Shown here: positions 20,742 to 29,755 of the stretch, piece after piece
How positions within the stretch are numbered: position 1 is the stretch's first letter
Layout: the number at the start of each line of letters is the position of its first letter
Made by a program: the position numbers and the translations under genes
The notes under the pieces: generated by a model
What the model was told of the DNA's origin: nothing
Seen by the model: the letters and a program-made list of their open reading frames with translations, nothing else
The model's database searches: none
Origin: an uncultured Staphylococcaceae bacterium
GTDB lineage: Bacteria > Bacillota_I > Bacilli_A > RFN20 > CAG-826
Length of the DNA: 64,000 bases
Direction of reading: 5' to 3'
Assembly: GCA_964416025.1 (NCBI GenBank)
Contig: CAYQCJ010000001.1
Location: forward strand, 41,586 to 105,585

Positions 20742-21368
20742 ATGGATGAGTTAAGATTTGTTATTGCAAAAAACCTTGTTTTTCTTAGAAAAACATATGG
20801 TTACACTCAAGCGGAAGTTGCAAAAAAATTAGATTATACCGATAAGAGTGTCTCTAAATGGGAAACGGGTGAATGTGTTCCACCAATTGAAGTACTCAAG
20901 AAATTGGCGGATTTTTACAAGATTACTTTAGATCAATTAGTGTCTGAAGAATCCTTAAAGGTTACAACAGAACCAACTCAAGAAAGAGTTCATCACTCAA
21001 AGTTTGCTATATCATTATTAGCAATAATTACTATTTGGTTAATCGCAACTTGTGGTTTTTCTTTTGGGTATTTAGGAAATATCTACAGCAATTCCTGGTT
21101 AATTTTTATTTACGCTGTTCCTGCTAGCTTCATTTGTGCTCTTGTTTTTAATAGCATCTGGGGAAAAAGAAGGATGAATTACGTAATTGTTTCATTTTTA
21201 ATTTGGACTTTACTTGCTGCTTTTTATCTTACATGTGTTGTTATTTTTGATAAACCTGGTTATTGGCCATTATTCTTTATTGGGATTCCAAGTCAAATCA
21301 TTGTTATTATTTGGTCTGGAATTAAAGGCCAATATCATATTCGAAGAAAGAACAAAAAAGCTAAATAA
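20742..21368 (+). CDS. XRE-family helix-turn-helix regulator with a C-terminal multi-transmembrane domain
   Basis: Helix-turn-helix YTQAEVAKKLDYTDKSVSKWETGE, followed by four hydrophobic helices. Confidence 0.75.
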   Translation: MDELRFVIAKNLVFLRKTYGYTQAEVAKKLDYTDKSVSKWETGECVPPIEVLKKLADFYKITLDQLVSEESLKVTTEPTQERVHHSKFAISLLAIITIWLIATCGFSFGYLGNIYSNSWLIFIYAVPASFICALVFNSIWGKRRMNYVIVSFLIWTLLAAFYLTCVVIFDKPGYWPLFFIGIPSQIIVIIWSGIKGQYHIRRKNKKAK

Positions 21369-21423
21369 ATACTTTTTCTTTTAGCTTTTTTCATAATTAC
21401 GATTCTTTAAAAAGGGGAAAATT

Positions 21424-24400
21424 ATGCTCGAAGTTAAAAATTTAGTTAAAAATTATGCTACTACTGGTAAGAACGCTGTTTATGTAAGAGCTCTTAATGG
21501 AATTTCTTTAAAATTTCCAGATACCGGATTGATTTTTATTTTGGGTAAATCTGGTTCAGGTAAGTCAACATTATTAAATGTTATGGGCGGACTTGACACT
21601 GTCGATAGTGGAGAAATTATTATCAAAGGTAAGTCTAGTGCAAAATTTAAATCCAGTGATTTTGATTCGTATAGGAACACATATTTAGGATTTATTTTTC
21701 AAGAATATAATATTTTAGATGAATTTACAGTTGAGAAGAACATTTCTTTAGCACTTGAATTGCAAGGAAAGAAACACAAAAAAGCTGACATTGACGAGAT
21801 ATTAAAAGAAGTTGATTTAGAGGGTTTAAACGATAGAAAGCCAAATGAATTATCTGGAGGACAAAAGCAGAGAGTTGCTATTGCTCGTGCTCTTGTTAAA
21901 CACCCAGATATTATTTTTGCTGATGAGCCAACAGGAGCTCTTGATTCCGCAACTGGAAAAGTTGTTTTTGATACACTTAAAAAATTGTCTACAAATCATT
22001 TAGTTGTGGTTGTCTCTCATGATCGTGATTTTGCTGAACAATTTGGTGATAGAGTTATTGAACTAAAAGACGGAAAAGTTATTTCTGATATTGAAAAGCA
22101 AGTTGTTGGATCAACTTCAAATAGCGGCTTAAATATAATAGATGATAAGATTATTCAAATTAAAAAAGGTTATAAGTTAACTGAAGCAGATAAGAAAAGG
22201 CTTATTGAAAAAATTGAAGAAAGTGAAGATGAAAAAATCATTGTTATGGATGATCAAATTTCTCCTCAGGTTAAAAAAATATCGAATATTAATTCAACCG
22301 GAAATCATGAAAAGTTTGAAAAGACTGATGAAAGTAAAATTAAGAATAAAGAAGAGAAGTTTAAATTAATAAAATCAAAATTAGGCTTTAAAAATTCTTT
22401 CAAAATTGGTGCATCTGCTTTAAAAGTTAAACCTTTTAGATTATTTTTGACTATGCTTTTAGCCCTGTTGTCTTTTACTGCCTTAGGTTTGGTTGATTGT
22501 ATGTCAAGTTATGATAAGACTGTTGCTACTACAGATTCAATAATTGATTCAAAAATGGATTATCTCTCTCTTTCAAAAACAGTTTGTAGTAGAACTTCAC
22601 ATAATTCAGATTCAGTATACAACTTTTATAGCGATAGTGAGGTAGCTAAATTTAGTGAAGATTATGATTGTGAATTTAACGGCTTAATTAGCGGATATAA
22701 AGCCCAGGTTTATTTTCACGATAATTTCCTATCAACTACTGGAATTGGAAGATATTACAAATTAGGGATTGATCAAACCAACTATTCATTTAGTGATATA
22801 GATGATAATTTTTTGAAAAAAAATAATTTTTCATTGATTTCTGGGGAACTTCCTGATGAGGATTATGAAATTGGAATCACCGATTATCAATTACAAATCT
22901 TTAACAAAACTGGTTATTCAAAAGATAAAACGAATGTTGATGCTATAAAGGCTGGAGAAATTACTAAAGATAATATTATCGGAAAAGAGTTATTTTTTAA
23001 CCCAAATTATGCAAAAATTACTTGTGTTATTGATACTGGATTTGCTAGCAATGCCTCACTTCAATCAGAGTATTTTCCATTAAAAGATGTAGAACAAACT
23101 AATAACCAAAAATATGATTTGTTATATACTAAATTAAGTTCATATATTAGAAATAGTTATATAGATACATATTTTTTGTCCAGTGATTTTTTTGGTAGTT
23201 TTTTAAACACTAAAACAACTCAAACAGTTGGTGGTATCCATGGCCAATGTAGATATTATTTTGAAAGTTCAGGAAAAGATTCTAACATATATAAAATACT
23301 AAATTCTTCATATCCTGGTATGAATATTAAATTTTTAAAAGAAAAAACTTTTGTAACAGTCAATGAAGATATTTGCTTTCCATATTATGAATTTAAATCT
23401 TTTTTACAAAACGAATTCACTACACTACAAAACAAATTCAAGAATGTAACAATACCTGATTCAGATAATAAAGCATGTATCACATATTATGATGAAAAAG
23501 AATCTAAAATATTCTCTTTTAAAGATGTTTATAGTGACAATAATTTATGTTTAAGTGTATTGGGAAATAGGCATAAACAAGAGATTTTGAATAATGGTTT
23601 TAATGTTGAATATATAAATAAATTAATGAATGAGGAAATTTATACAGCTGATGCAGATGGGAATTTTCTAAATGATAAAGATTTTTTAAGTGCTTTTGTG
23701 AAAAATTGCATAACATATAGAAATGATGGAACTGAAGGAAATACATTTATAAATGGAATTGATTTTAATAGATTAATAGATTCTGAAGGACCTCAAATTT
23801 ATATTCTGTTTGAGTATTCAAATAATGATGTAAAATTACCAGATTTGAATATTACTATAATAGCAAATAAAATGTTGGATAATGGTCAATTAGGGCCAGA
23901 TGTGGAATATAAGAGAACAATCGCCGGAATTTGTACATATGGCGATTTAACAAACTCTATATTTTCTATAAACAAAGATGACGATTTAGCATCAATGTTA
24001 ATCACGAATGATTCAAGTTTAGACAGTGTTCCTAAGTATACAAGAATTATTGCGAAAACTCCGACAAGCAGGAATAAAATAGCTAAATTGGCTAAATTGC
24101 ATACTGAAAATATTGATAATATAAATAATTATAATGATAGTGATATTACCAAAACTATAGGGTACTCAATATTGAGTGGAACTGTTTTCGATGCCTTAAA
24201 TACAGTTAATTCAGTATTTAGTATACTTAATAAAATATTTTTCTATTTAGGATTAATTCTAATGTTGTTTACATGCTTATTATTGTTTAATTTTATCGGA
24301 ACATCAATTTCATATAAGCGAAGAGAAATAGGAATTTTAAGAGCAGTCGGAGCTAGAGGAAAAGATGTATTCGGAATATTCATGAGTGAATCATTAATTA

Positions 24401-24630
24401 TTGTTTGGATCGATATAATTGCTTCTTGTATTGCCACTTTTGGAATATGTATTTACTTAAATTATTATTTAAGAAATTTAATGAATATTCCTATAACTGT
24501 TCTCCATGCTGGTTTAAGACAAATTTTAGTTATTGCCGGAATTGGTATCATTACTGCATTTATTTCAACTTTTATTCCTGTTATCAAAACATCAAATAAA
24601 AAACCTATTGATGCAATTCATGATAAATAA
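21424..24630 (+). CDS. Fused ABC ATPase plus FtsX/MacB-type permease with a very large extracytoplasmic domain, 1068 aa
   Basis: Walker [25 protein letters not shown] signature. DEPTGALD. C-terminal FtsX-like transmembrane bundle ([20 protein letters not shown]). About 550 aa between the first transmembrane segment and the last four. Confidence 0.85.
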   Translation: MLEVKNLVKNYATTGKNAVYVRALNGISLKFPDTGLIFILGKSGSGKSTLLNVMGGLDTVDSGEIIIKGKSSAKFKSSDFDSYRNTYLGFIFQEYNILDEFTVEKNISLALELQGKKHKKADIDEILKEVDLEGLNDRKPNELSGGQKQRVAIARALVKHPDIIFADEPTGALDSATGKVVFDTLKKLSTNHLVVVVSHDRDFAEQFGDRVIELKDGKVISDIEKQVVGSTSNSGLNIIDDKIIQIKKGYKLTEADKKRLIEKIEESEDEKIIVMDDQISPQVKKISNINSTGNHEKFEKTDESKIKNKEEKFKLIKSKLGFKNSFKIGASALKVKPFRLFLTMLLALLSFTALGLVDCMSSYDKTVATTDSIIDSKMDYLSLSKTVCSRTSHNSDSVYNFYSDSEVAKFSEDYDCEFNGLISGYKAQVYFHDNFLSTTGIGRYYKLGIDQTNYSFSDIDDNFLKKNNFSLISGELPDEDYEIGITDYQLQIFNKTGYSKDKTNVDAIKAGEITKDNIIGKELFFNPNYAKITCVIDTGFASNASLQSEYFPLKDVEQTNNQKYDLLYTKLSSYIRNSYIDTYFLSSDFFGSFLNTKTTQTVGGIHGQCRYYFESSGKDSNIYKILNSSYPGMNIKFLKEKTFVTVNEDICFPYYEFKSFLQNEFTTLQNKFKNVTIPDSDNKACITYYDEKESKIFSFKDVYSDNNLCLSVLGNRHKQEILNNGFNVEYINKLMNEEIYTADADGNFLNDKDFLSAFVKNCITYRNDGTEGNTFINGIDFNRLIDSEGPQIYILFEYSNNDVKLPDLNITIIANKMLDNGQLGPDVEYKRTIAGICTYGDLTNSIFSINKDDDLASMLITNDSSLDSVPKYTRIIAKTPTSRNKIAKLAKLHTENIDNINNYNDSDITKTIGYSILSGTVFDALNTVNSVFSILNKIFFYLGLILMLFTCLLLFNFIGTSISYKRREIGILRAVGARGKDVFGIFMSESLIIVWIDIIASCIATFGICIYLNYYLRNLMNIPITVLHAGLRQILVIAGIGIITAFISTFIPVIKTSNKKPIDAIHDK

Positions 24631-24632
24631 TA

Positions 24633-24652
24633 GGGATTGGCAGGGGATTTTG
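24633..24652 (+). repeat. Copy B of the motif family (GGGATTGGCAGGGGATTTTG)
   Basis: Starts 2 nt after the TAA stop of the ABC transporter gene. Confidence 0.6.
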
Positions 24653-24793
24653 ATTTACTCATTTAAATAATTATTTAATTTTCTCCAATGATTTGATTTG
24701 TGACAATTCAACATTTTTACTTTTTTGTGTTGTTCGGAGTTTTTCGTTTTATGGTTGGAATAATAGCGTAAATTGTAAAAGGAGAAAACAAAA

Positions 24794-25147
24794 ATGGAAA
24801 ATTTAGATAAGATTTACGCTGAGAGTGTCGCAAAGGAATACTCACCAAAAAATGATTCGAAAGTCGTTGCTTTAAGAAAATTGGATAACAAGGCAAAATT
24901 ACCTGCAACAATTTTCACTTATACTTTAGGAATTATAAGTGCTTTAGTATTAGGAGTTGGAATGTGTTTAGCAATGAATGTAATTGGCCCAAACAACACA
25001 ACTTCATTAATTCTTGGTATAATTATTGGAGCAGTTGGAATTGCTGGAATTTGCGTCAATTATCCAATCTACAAAAAGATCTTAAGCAAATTTAAAGCAA
25101 AATATGCTTCTGATATTATTGAATTAGCTAAAGATATTTCTAAGTAA
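24794..25147 (+). CDS. Small two-transmembrane membrane protein, hypothetical
   Basis: 117-aa ORF with two hydrophobic helices. Confidence 0.4.
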   Translation: MENLDKIYAESVAKEYSPKNDSKVVALRKLDNKAKLPATIFTYTLGIISALVLGVGMCLAMNVIGPNNTTSLILGIIIGAVGIAGICVNYPIYKKILSKFKAKYASDIIELAKDISK

Positions 25148-25163
25148 ATTAAGGAGCGAAAGA

Positions 25164-25450
25164 ATGGGCAGAAACGAAAGTAAATACTTTAATACTGCGT
25201 TATTAATGGATGAATCTCTCATTCTTTTGCTTGAGAAAAAAGACTTTGATACATTACTGTTAAAGAAATCTGTGTCAAAGCTTGCATAAACCGCTCGACT
25301 TTTTATCTTCATTACGAAAATACCACTGATTTAATTAAAGAGTGCAACGACTATTTAAATAAAGAATTTAATAATGAATATAAAGATAAAAAGGCTTTAA
25401 ATATTAAAACAGACTCTTTAATATCCTTAATTTTATATAGAAATTTTTAA
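25164..25450 (+). pseudogene. TetR/AcrR-family regulator remnant, frameshifted and C-terminally truncated
   Basis: AAGGAG ribosome-binding site, then ATG at 25164. Frame 0 reads MGRNESKYFNTALLMDESLILLLEKKDFDTLL and stops at 25287. Frame +2 from about 25253 reads ITVKEICVKACINRSTFYLHYENTTDLIKE... to a stop at 25448-50. That is the TetR helix-turn-helix continuing in another frame. A single-nt indel near 25248-25252 explains it. The ligand-binding domain is absent. Confidence 0.5.
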
Positions 25451-25516
25451 TAGCAATTTTTAAAAATTAACCAAAAAAAATGCATTTAACACAAAAATAA
25501 TGCATTTTTTTGTCAT

Positions 25517-25530
25517 TCAAAGCGCTTACA
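25517..25530 (+). promoter_or_regulatory. cre-like / LacI-operator-like site TCAAAGCGCTTACA, about 235 nt upstream of the surface lipoprotein gene
   Basis: 12 of 14 match to TGAAAGCGCTTTCA. It shares the 10-mer AGCGCTTACA with the site at 510-519. GATTACGAA (25558-25566) matches 501-509. Confidence 0.4.
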
Positions 25531-25763
25531 TTTTTAAGTTTACGCATATTTTTACAAGATTACGAACACTTTTACATTTTTGATTTTTGATTAAATATAA
25601 TGATGTCAATCTTATCGCTTACCATGTTTCCGCCTAAAAAATAATAGGAAAAATGGTGGGTAGATTTATTAAGTTGAGGCCGAAATTCTAGTTTCATTAG
25701 TTGTATGTCAATTAAACTTTGAAACCAGAAATAAATGTTTTATATTAGGAGGAACAATTAAAT

Positions 25764-28700
25764 ATGAAACGTACTAAAAAATTTGTTGTCGCTTTAATGG
25801 GATTGACACTTGCTTGTGCTCCTGTTTTAGCAAGCTGTGGAGGAACAGATACACCTGTAACTCCTGATGAGAAGACTGTAAGCAGTATTAGTGTTACTAA
25901 GAAACCAACTAAAACCACTTATAAAGAAGGAGAAAAATTCGATAAGACTGGAATGGTTGTTACCGCTTTATATAGCGATAAAACAAGTGAAGCTGTCACG
26001 GATTACACTATTGATAAAACTGGTGAATTAAAGATGGCTGATACTAAAGTTACTATCACTTATAAAGAAAAGACAGCTACAGTCGCTATTTCTGTTAAAT
26101 CAAATGTTACTGTTGCTAGTATCGTAATTAAAGCTCAACCTACAAAATTAGAGTACGTTGAAGGCGATTTATTCGATCCAGATGGAATGATTATTACTGC
26201 TACAATGACTGATGGAACTACTAAAGATGTTAATAGTGGATACACATATGACAAGACAAAAGGATTAGCCGTTGCTGATACAACTGTCACAATTACTTAT
26301 CAAGAAAAGACTGCTACAGTCGCAATTACTGTAACTAAGAGAACCGATATTACTGTCAACGCTTTAGGTGTTTATAAAATCGAAGCTGAAGATTTAAATA
26401 CTGGAAACGCTACTTTAAGAGAAGATTTTGTTTCTGCCGGAAGAACCTTTATTGAAGAAGGCGCTGATGCAAGTGGCGGAAAGAATTTATGTGGTTATAA
26501 GCCAGGATCATATTTCACAATTAATATTCATTGTGATGAAGATTCTACAGTTTATATAACTTCTAGAATGTCTGATACCAATACAAATTATGTATTAAAG
26601 AGTGGATTAAAGACCGAAATGGATGGCGTTATTGTTGAACCAACAAACGATCCTAAATTTACTTATAACGGTGGAAACGATTATTGGAACTGGGTCGATG
26701 TTATTTATGGAACAGTAAATTTAACTAAAGGTGATCACGTCTTCAAAATTACCTCAGTTGATCAACGTCCAAATCTTGATTTCTTCCAATTTGAAGCCAC
26801 AAAATATAACGGACTTAGCGAAGATAAAGTCTTAACTGGTATTAGAATTGCTACTCAACCAACTAAAGTTGCTTATGAAGTTGGAGATAAATTTGACGCA
26901 ACTGGATTAGTTGTAAAAGCTGTTTATTCTACAAAAGAAGAAGAAGTTATTACTGATTATACTCTTGATAAAGCTGATGTTGAATTAACTGAAGCTGATA
27001 CAAAAATTATCGTTACTTACGAAACATTTACAGCAGAAATCGCTATTACTGTTGGTAAAGTATATCCATTAAAATTAAATGCATTAGGCGACAATGTCTT
27101 CGAAGCTGAAGACTTAACACCAGACGATAAGTGGATTTTAAGAACTGATATGGCTGGTCAAACTACTTATACTGTCACTTCAAGTGAATCAAGTGGTGGA
27201 AAATCTATTGAAAGATACGAAGTTGGAACAGTTATGACTTTACCATTCTATGTATCTGAAGATTCAAAAATTCACTTCACATCGATTGTTAGTAACTATG
27301 ATGAAATTGTTCTTAATGACACAGTTGAATTTAAAATTGATGAGACTTTATTAACATCTAACAATCCAACATTAGGTCATAGACATGGAAGTGATTGGTG
27401 GAATTGGAAAACTGCAGATTTTGGAACAGTTGAATTAGCTAAAGGTGAACATACCTTAACAATCAACATGAAGAGTGCAAGACCAAACCTTGATGCCTTT
27501 AACTTCCACGTTATGAAATTAGGAACTGCTGAAGAACCACATACAGTTAAAGCACTTAATGTTAAAACACAACCTACAAAAACATCTTATACTGAAGGCG
27601 AAACATTCGATGGAACCGGCCTTACATTAGAAGTTGCTTATAACGATTCAATGAACGAAGTTGTCACCGAAGGATTTACTTTCGATAAAACAGGTGCATT
27701 AACTACTGAAGATACAAAAGTTGTTGTTACTTATGGTGAATTAACTGTTGAAGTCGCAATTACTGTTGCTCCATTAATTCAATTAGCATTAGATTCTGTT
27801 GGTAGTCACAAATTTGAAGCTGAATCTTTAGTACCAAATGATGCTTGGATTTGGAGATCCGACATGGGAGAGAAAACAACCTACGTAATTGACAACGCTG
27901 AAGCAAGTGGCGCAAAATCAATCGAAAGATACGCTGTTGGCACAGTTATGACAATGAAGTTTAGTGTTGCTGAAGCTTCGAAACTTCACTTAAGTTCTGT
28001 TATGTCTGATTCTAAGAGTTATTCACTTGAAGGAAATGTTGATTTCAAGATTGATGACACTGCTCTTACTTATGATATCAATCCTACATTAGGATCAAGT
28101 ACTGCTTCAACTTATTATAATTGGAAAACTGCTTGGTTTAATGAAGTTGAACTAGCTGCTGGTACTCATGTTTTAACTATTACAATGACTAAAGAGAGAC
28201 CAAACCTTGATTGTTTCGATTTCCATATGACTAAGATGGGTGAAACAGTTGAAGATCACAATTTATCAAGCATATCGATCGCTTCAGCTCCAACAAAAGT
28301 TGATTACTACGAAGGCGACACTCTGGATTTAACTGGTCTTAAACTTATGGCTTCTTATACTGATACTGCTATTGAAGAAGTTACAACAGGTTACACAGTT
28401 GATAAAACAGCTGCATTAACCGCAGAAGATAAAGTTGTTACAATTACTTATAACGAATTAACTGTTACATTTAATATCAATGTTGTTGCTTCTGCTGATA
28501 TCGAAGTAATTGCTGATGCTGTCGATAAAAAGTTAGAAGGTGAAGAGATGGATACAACACATATGACAAATAATGGAAATAGTAGTTTCGTAGAAACAAG
28601 CAATGTCGACAGTACAATTAAATGTTTAGGAAACGGAACATCTGGTTATGCTAATTTCTATTACAATTTATCAAAAGAAATGAATCTTGATATGACTGCT

Positions 28701-28946
28701 GCTATCGCAAAAGCCGAAGATCTCTTGGTAATAAACCAATTTAAAATGTTTGTTGATGATGTTGAAATTGACTTATTAGATCCAACTATCAAATTAGGTG
28801 GAGCTGAAGGAAATTCTTATTTTAATTTTAAATCTTGTGCTTATACTCAAGTTAAATTAGCTGCTGGTAAGCATAAAGTTCAAATGAAGATTATTGGATG
28901 TAACGTCGATTATCTTGATCTTAACTTCACAAAAGTTACTGCTTAA
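25764..28946 (+). CDS. Cell-surface lipoprotein with four or more tandem modules of Big_3-like Ig domain plus carbohydrate-binding (CBM6/35-like) domain
   Basis: Lipobox LASCGG. About 80-aa repeats of the form I.V...PTK..Y..G..FD..G..V.A.Y.D.T...VT..YT.DKT...DT.V.ITY.E.TA.VAITV. These alternate with about 150-aa modules ending in RPNLD.F.F. Preceded by the AGGAGG ribosome-binding site at 25748. Confidence 0.65.
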   Translation: MKRTKKFVVALMGLTLACAPVLASCGGTDTPVTPDEKTVSSISVTKKPTKTTYKEGEKFDKTGMVVTALYSDKTSEAVTDYTIDKTGELKMADTKVTITYKEKTATVAISVKSNVTVASIVIKAQPTKLEYVEGDLFDPDGMIITATMTDGTTKDVNSGYTYDKTKGLAVADTTVTITYQEKTATVAITVTKRTDITVNALGVYKIEAEDLNTGNATLREDFVSAGRTFIEEGADASGGKNLCGYKPGSYFTINIHCDEDSTVYITSRMSDTNTNYVLKSGLKTEMDGVIVEPTNDPKFTYNGGNDYWNWVDVIYGTVNLTKGDHVFKITSVDQRPNLDFFQFEATKYNGLSEDKVLTGIRIATQPTKVAYEVGDKFDATGLVVKAVYSTKEEEVITDYTLDKADVELTEADTKIIVTYETFTAEIAITVGKVYPLKLNALGDNVFEAEDLTPDDKWILRTDMAGQTTYTVTSSESSGGKSIERYEVGTVMTLPFYVSEDSKIHFTSIVSNYDEIVLNDTVEFKIDETLLTSNNPTLGHRHGSDWWNWKTADFGTVELAKGEHTLTINMKSARPNLDAFNFHVMKLGTAEEPHTVKALNVKTQPTKTSYTEGETFDGTGLTLEVAYNDSMNEVVTEGFTFDKTGALTTEDTKVVVTYGELTVEVAITVAPLIQLALDSVGSHKFEAESLVPNDAWIWRSDMGEKTTYVIDNAEASGAKSIERYAVGTVMTMKFSVAEASKLHLSSVMSDSKSYSLEGNVDFKIDDTALTYDINPTLGSSTASTYYNWKTAWFNEVELAAGTHVLTITMTKERPNLDCFDFHMTKMGETVEDHNLSSISIASAPTKVDYYEGDTLDLTGLKLMASYTDTAIEEVTTGYTVDKTAALTAEDKVVTITYNELTVTFNINVVASADIEVIADAVDKKLEGEEMDTTHMTNNGNSSFVETSNVDSTIKCLGNGTSGYANFYYNLSKEMNLDMTAAIAKAEDLLVINQFKMFVDDVEIDLLDPTIKLGGAEGNSYFNFKSCAYTQVKLAAGKHKVQMKIIGCNVDYLDLNFTKVTA

Positions 28947-28955
28947 GACAAAAAA

Positions 28956-28990
28956 TATCGAGAGAAATTTGTTTCTTAAATTTCTCTCGA
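28956..28990 (+). terminator. Perfect 14-bp stem hairpin (ATCGAGAGAAATTT / AAATTTCTCTCGAT) between two lipoprotein genes; weak U-tract
   Basis: Read directly. 9 nt after the stop at 28946. Confidence 0.45.
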
Positions 28991-29011
28991 TTCATAGGAA
29001 AGGAAAAATAT

Positions 29012-29743
29012 ATGAAGAAGATAAAATTATTAACATTAACAGCCTCATTATTGAGTGTATTAATGTTAACTTCCTGTAATGCAAAGACGCCAATCATTGA
29101 TGATGGCGGTGATAATACTACAGAAGGTGATTTTGAATATGAAGATCCAACAACTGGAATTGTTCCAGATGATGGAAGTGGTGATGGCGATGGCGCCGGA
29201 GATGGCGATGGTGATGGACCAACCGACAATTTTGGAGATTTAGATATTGAAGTTATTGCTACTGTTAATGCCAACGGAACATTCGTTGCTGAAGCAGAAG
29301 ATTGCGATACAAGTGGATGTACTTTACAAGCGGGTTGCGGAGGATTCTTTGAAACTCCAAGCGCTCCTGCTAGTGCGAGTGGTGGAATGTGTATTGCATG
29401 TATTGCTGCACCTTCAATTCTTGCTTTCTCTTTTACTCTTGAAGATAAATGCAATGTTGAATTCCAAACTGTCAGTGCTAAATACGAAGATTCATGGAAT
29501 TTAGATGAAAATGTCGCCTATTATGTTGATAGAAATAAAGACGAATCATTTACTCATACTTTAACGTCTGGTGGATTTAAAGAATTCGGTCATACCGATA
29601 CAATTCAATGGTATAACTGGAAAACAGTAAGTTTAGGAAGTTTAGATTTAGCTAAGGGAACCCACACAATGTATATCAAAGTGAACAATGCTTTCCCAAA
29701 TACAGATTGCTTCAATTTAGTTGCAACTAATTATGGATTATAG
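29012..29743 (+). CDS. Lipoprotein with an acidic Gly/Asp-rich linker and one CBM-like domain (paralogous to modules of the upstream protein)
   Basis: Lipobox LTSCNA. DGSGDGDGAGDGDGDG low-complexity stretch. The C-terminus (WYNWKTVSLGSLDLAKGTHTMYIKVNNAFPNTDCFNLV) resembles the ends of the upstream CBM modules. Confidence 0.6.
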   Translation: MKKIKLLTLTASLLSVLMLTSCNAKTPIIDDGGDNTTEGDFEYEDPTTGIVPDDGSGDGDGAGDGDGDGPTDNFGDLDIEVIATVNANGTFVAEAEDCDTSGCTLQAGCGGFFETPSAPASASGGMCIACIAAPSILAFSFTLEDKCNVEFQTVSAKYEDSWNLDENVAYYVDRNKDESFTHTLTSGGFKEFGHTDTIQWYNWKTVSLGSLDLAKGTHTMYIKVNNAFPNTDCFNLVATNYGL

Positions 29744-29755
29744 GAAGAAAATAAA

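Noticed and set aside
24633-24652. The idea that the motif's GGCAGGGG / GGCAAGGG core is a KOPS/SRS-like FtsK/SpoIIIE orienting octamer
   Set aside because: KOPS-type signals are 8-mers and highly abundant. Here a full 20-21-nt string is conserved and positioned at gene ends, which fits a longer specific element better. It cannot be excluded without genome-wide skew analysis.
28936-29454. 172-aa minus-strand ORF (Ser/Pro-rich) overlapping the 29012 lipoprotein gene
   Set aside because: It is antisense to a gene with a canonical lipobox and CBM domain. Its Ser/Pro-rich composition is the mirror image of the GD-rich repeat. Most likely spurious.
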